36,758 nt of DNA from Thermoplasmata archaeon (GTDB lineage Archaea; Thermoplasmatota; Thermoplasmata; RBG-16-68-12; JAFNFQ01): assembly GCA_041489255.1 (NCBI GenBank), contig JBGPQV010000025.1:1-36758 (forward strand), written 5' to 3'. The notes under the pieces were generated by a model. That model was not told the origin of the DNA and did no database searches. It saw nothing but the letters and a program-made list of their open reading frames with translations. How positions within the stretch are numbered: the stretch's first letter is position 1; every line of letters starts with the position of its first letter. A program made the position numbers and the translations under genes. This document shows, one piece after another, positions 34,600 to 36,758 of this stretch.

Positions 34600-35838
34600 G
34601 TGAGGATCGGACTGGTTGGCAACTCATTGACGTTTAAAAGCGAGGCTCACGAAGTGAAAATCATTGGATGGGAGAATCGATATCATTCAGGAACCGGGAT
34701 GAATCTGGACATGTATAATCCATTCTCGCTTCGGGATTTCCATGTTGTTGTAATAAATCTTGAGAATATCGACTTCAGAGCGAATGAATGGCTGTTTAAG
34801 AGGCTGCAAGAGGACGCTTATGAGTTCATTCGGGACGGCGGTGTGCTGTTGCTCGCTGAGTTCAAAGACTTTCAGGTCAAGAAGAAAGCCGAGGCCCAGA
34901 AACCCGGTCGGGGCATTCCGGTCGCGGAGTCTACGATAAGCCTGCTCGACTGGCTCGCTAATGAAGGAGTCCGGGTCCTGAAGGAAAGTGGGGATCGCGT
35001 CTATCTCGATTCCCGCCATCCGCTTGCGGGAAGGCTGAATGAAAAGGATTTTGTGTGGCAGGCTGCCTTTGAACTCCCTGCGACGGCTTCCACGTTCGGC
35101 CACAATGCGAGTCAGCAATCCGTGGCATTTGACATGCCCATAGGAAAAGGTCGCTTCATCATCCTTCCGCTGATTCGTCAGGACGCAGCATCACGCGCCG
35201 AGATTGTTCCGGCCTTACTCCGTTTGCTCAGTGTTCGAGGTGTATCAGAAGGGTTGAGGGCGACACCTCCCTCCTGGATGTCGGCCTACGCCCTTCCAGA
35301 GGAAGATGAGATACGCAAGCGACATGCAGAAGCTCAAGCTCAGCTTCGGACAATCGATAGCGTCAAAGCACTCTTGTATACTGACAGCAGGCCGCTCCTC
35401 GATGCCGTCATGACTTGTCTCCGGGAATTCGAATTCAATGCCAAAGACTTGGAAGCCCAGGGCAAGCACGATATTGAAATCATCCTTCCAAACAGCTTGA
35501 TCGTAGCAGAAGTCACAGGCACAAAGGGAGCGCTGACTGTCAGAGCACTCCGTGAGCTTATCGATCATTACTACGATGTGAAGTCCGAATTGGAGGAATC
35601 TGACAAGAGCCTTGAATGCAAGGGTATCTTCTTCGTGAATCATTATCGAGATAAGGATGTCAAGGACCGGCCCATAGCCCTCACTCCGGAAGCGAAGAAA
35701 TCAGCGGAGCGAGAGCAGTTCGCTGTGATTCCCACACCTGCTCTGTACTTCATGTATGCAGATTGGTTGGCCAAGCGAATCACTAAGAAGAATATTGAAG
35801 AAATCCTTCTGAAAACGATAGGGCTTGCGACATCTTAG
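34600..35838 (+). CDS. Putative restriction-endonuclease-like PD-(D/E)xK protein with N-terminal Rossmann/GATase-like domain
   Basis: N-terminal IGLVG...VVVIN...FIRDGGVLLL; C-terminal LLYT...L..AV..CL..F.F...HDIEI...IVAEVTG...KGIFFVNHYR; more AT-rich than core genes by eye. Confidence 0.6.
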   Translation: MRIGLVGNSLTFKSEAHEVKIIGWENRYHSGTGMNLDMYNPFSLRDFHVVVINLENIDFRANEWLFKRLQEDAYEFIRDGGVLLLAEFKDFQVKKKAEAQKPGRGIPVAESTISLLDWLANEGVRVLKESGDRVYLDSRHPLAGRLNEKDFVWQAAFELPATASTFGHNASQQSVAFDMPIGKGRFIILPLIRQDAASRAEIVPALLRLLSVRGVSEGLRATPPSWMSAYALPEEDEIRKRHAEAQAQLRTIDSVKALLYTDSRPLLDAVMTCLREFEFNAKDLEAQGKHDIEIILPNSLIVAEVTGTKGALTVRALRELIDHYYDVKSELEESDKSLECKGIFFVNHYRDKDVKDRPIALTPEAKKSAEREQFAVIPTPALYFMYADWLAKRITKKNIEEILLKTIGLATS

Positions 35839-35903
35839 AATGTCTGGCAGGTACGCGGCTTCAGTAGCTCTTTGTATGTGGCAGGCTGTGTCCCGTCCAC
35901 GGA

Positions 35904-35960
35904 GGAACCATGATGATCGAGCGACACACTTCAGATGACGAGTGGCACTCTGAGGGTTCC
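35904..35960 (+). ncRNA. Candidate box C/D-like sRNA
   Basis: GGAACC-ATGATGA-15 nt-CAGA-TGACGA-8 nt-CTGA-G-GGTTCC: box C, D'/C'-like pair, box D and a 6-bp terminal stem. Confidence 0.4.
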
Positions 35961-35997
35961 ATAAGACATTGATGACGAAGCTACCATGAGCATCCCC

Positions 35998-36432
35998 CTA
36001 AGGCATTTTTCTTGTCTTTCTGGTATCCACGCCGAATATGGAAACCGGCGCAGTTAGTATCCCGATCTCCTGCAATCTGGAAGCTAAATCAATGGCCCGG
36101 TCGAAGCGCCTTTTGCCTCTTGGTCGATCGGCACGGCCTTCGCGATCTCGAGGTACGAACAGAACTCCAACCTTGACGATACCCTGGCGATAGCCAACCT
36201 CAATTCGAATCAGAGCCGACGTCGAGTCTATCTTCGACCCCTCTCCTACTGACTCAAGGGCAACCCCGTTCTTGAACCCGTCATAGGCTGAGCGGCGATT
36301 CTCCCATACGGTTTTGTTCGTATCCCAATGTGATTTCCTCAGCTGCTTCTTGACATCGCCATCCCTAAGCGGCGTATTGTTCAAACGGTCACGAATCCCC
36401 CTGATTTCGTCCTTGAGTCCCTTCTTGCTCAC
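35998..36432 (-). CDS. Small BglII/BstYI-like restriction-endonuclease-fold protein
   Basis: YDGFKNGVALE, LIRIEVGYRQGIVKVGVLFVP, FDRA..L...APVSIFGV resemble the BglII-family pattern; canonical ExQ reads ESV. Confidence 0.5.
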   Translation of the reverse strand: MSKKGLKDEIRGIRDRLNNTPLRDGDVKKQLRKSHWDTNKTVWENRRSAYDGFKNGVALESVGEGSKIDSTSALIRIEVGYRQGIVKVGVLFVPRDREGRADRPRGKRRFDRAIDLASRLQEIGILTAPVSIFGVDTRKTRKMP

Positions 36433-36723
36433 GATTCCATCTGAAGCAGCTGCTATCCGCTCGTTTACTTCACTGACACGCCTCCCGAGGAACTCAGAAG
36501 GTCGAATGAATTCGAACGCGATAGACTCGCTGGGCGATCTCTGGTGGGGGGCGTCGAAGTCGAGATGAATTCTGGTGGGTACCTCACCATTCGATCGGAC
36601 GACCTCCCCGCTTGTTCAGTGTAGCGGATACACACATGTGTCACACCCTCCTTCCCGCTGCGAACTTACGGGGGTCCAGACGAAACCGAGGCGGGGGTCC
36701 CCGGAGTCCAGGAGCGTGGCTCC

Positions 36724-36758
36724 ATGCTAATCCGAAGAGGGGAGTTCTATCTCGGGGA
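36724..36758 (+). CDS. Possible start of a CDS running off the window (MLIRRGEFYLG)
   Basis: GGAG about 10 nt upstream of ATG; only 11 codons visible. Confidence 0.25.
   Translation, partial: MLIRRGEFYLG

Noticed and set aside
34095-34637. 180-aa and 75-aa ORFs after the ATPase module
   Set aside because: They span the tRNA fragment or lack motifs and SD; probably non-coding or decayed DNA that I cannot assign.
26600-36758. Provirus or conjugative element
   Set aside because: No recognisable capsid, terminase, packaging ATPase, VirB4/VirD4 or relaxase in the window.
36724-36758. MazF/PemK toxin start (MLIRRGEFYL resembles xxRGDxY)
   Set aside because: Only 11 codons are visible and no antitoxin gene is evident upstream; cannot be supported.

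Overview
Archaeal chromosomal DNA, fairly GC-rich. The gene set (archaeal translin, giant AglB, FBP aldolase/phosphatase, archaeal TpiA, Kae1) and GGTGA/GGAGG SD motifs suggest Thermoplasmatota; the taxonomy is an inference. Bases 1-26.5 kb are mostly housekeeping but hold three notable items. (i) A coupled operon of a KaiC/RAD55 ATPase, a roadblock-like protein and two full-length paralogous V4R/MetOD1-like proteins, one with putative metal ligands and one without. (ii) A solo Cas4 with a duplicated 4-helix membrane insert, directly behind an exported LTD-PLD-PKD enzyme. (iii) A 7-Cys microprotein, absent from the ORF track, convergent on a radical SAM gene. From about 26.6 kb to the end is an accessory island: three short large-serine-recombinase-type genes, a winged-HTH gene flanked by shared 10-bp repeats, an MCM-like AAA+ ATPase with coiled coil, an orphan tRNA-Arg-like 3' fragment (att-like), two restriction-endonuclease-like genes without a methyltransferase, and a box C/D-like sRNA motif between them. 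No CRISPR array and no intact tRNA or rRNA gene were found. All calls come from motif recognition by eye; no database searches were run.
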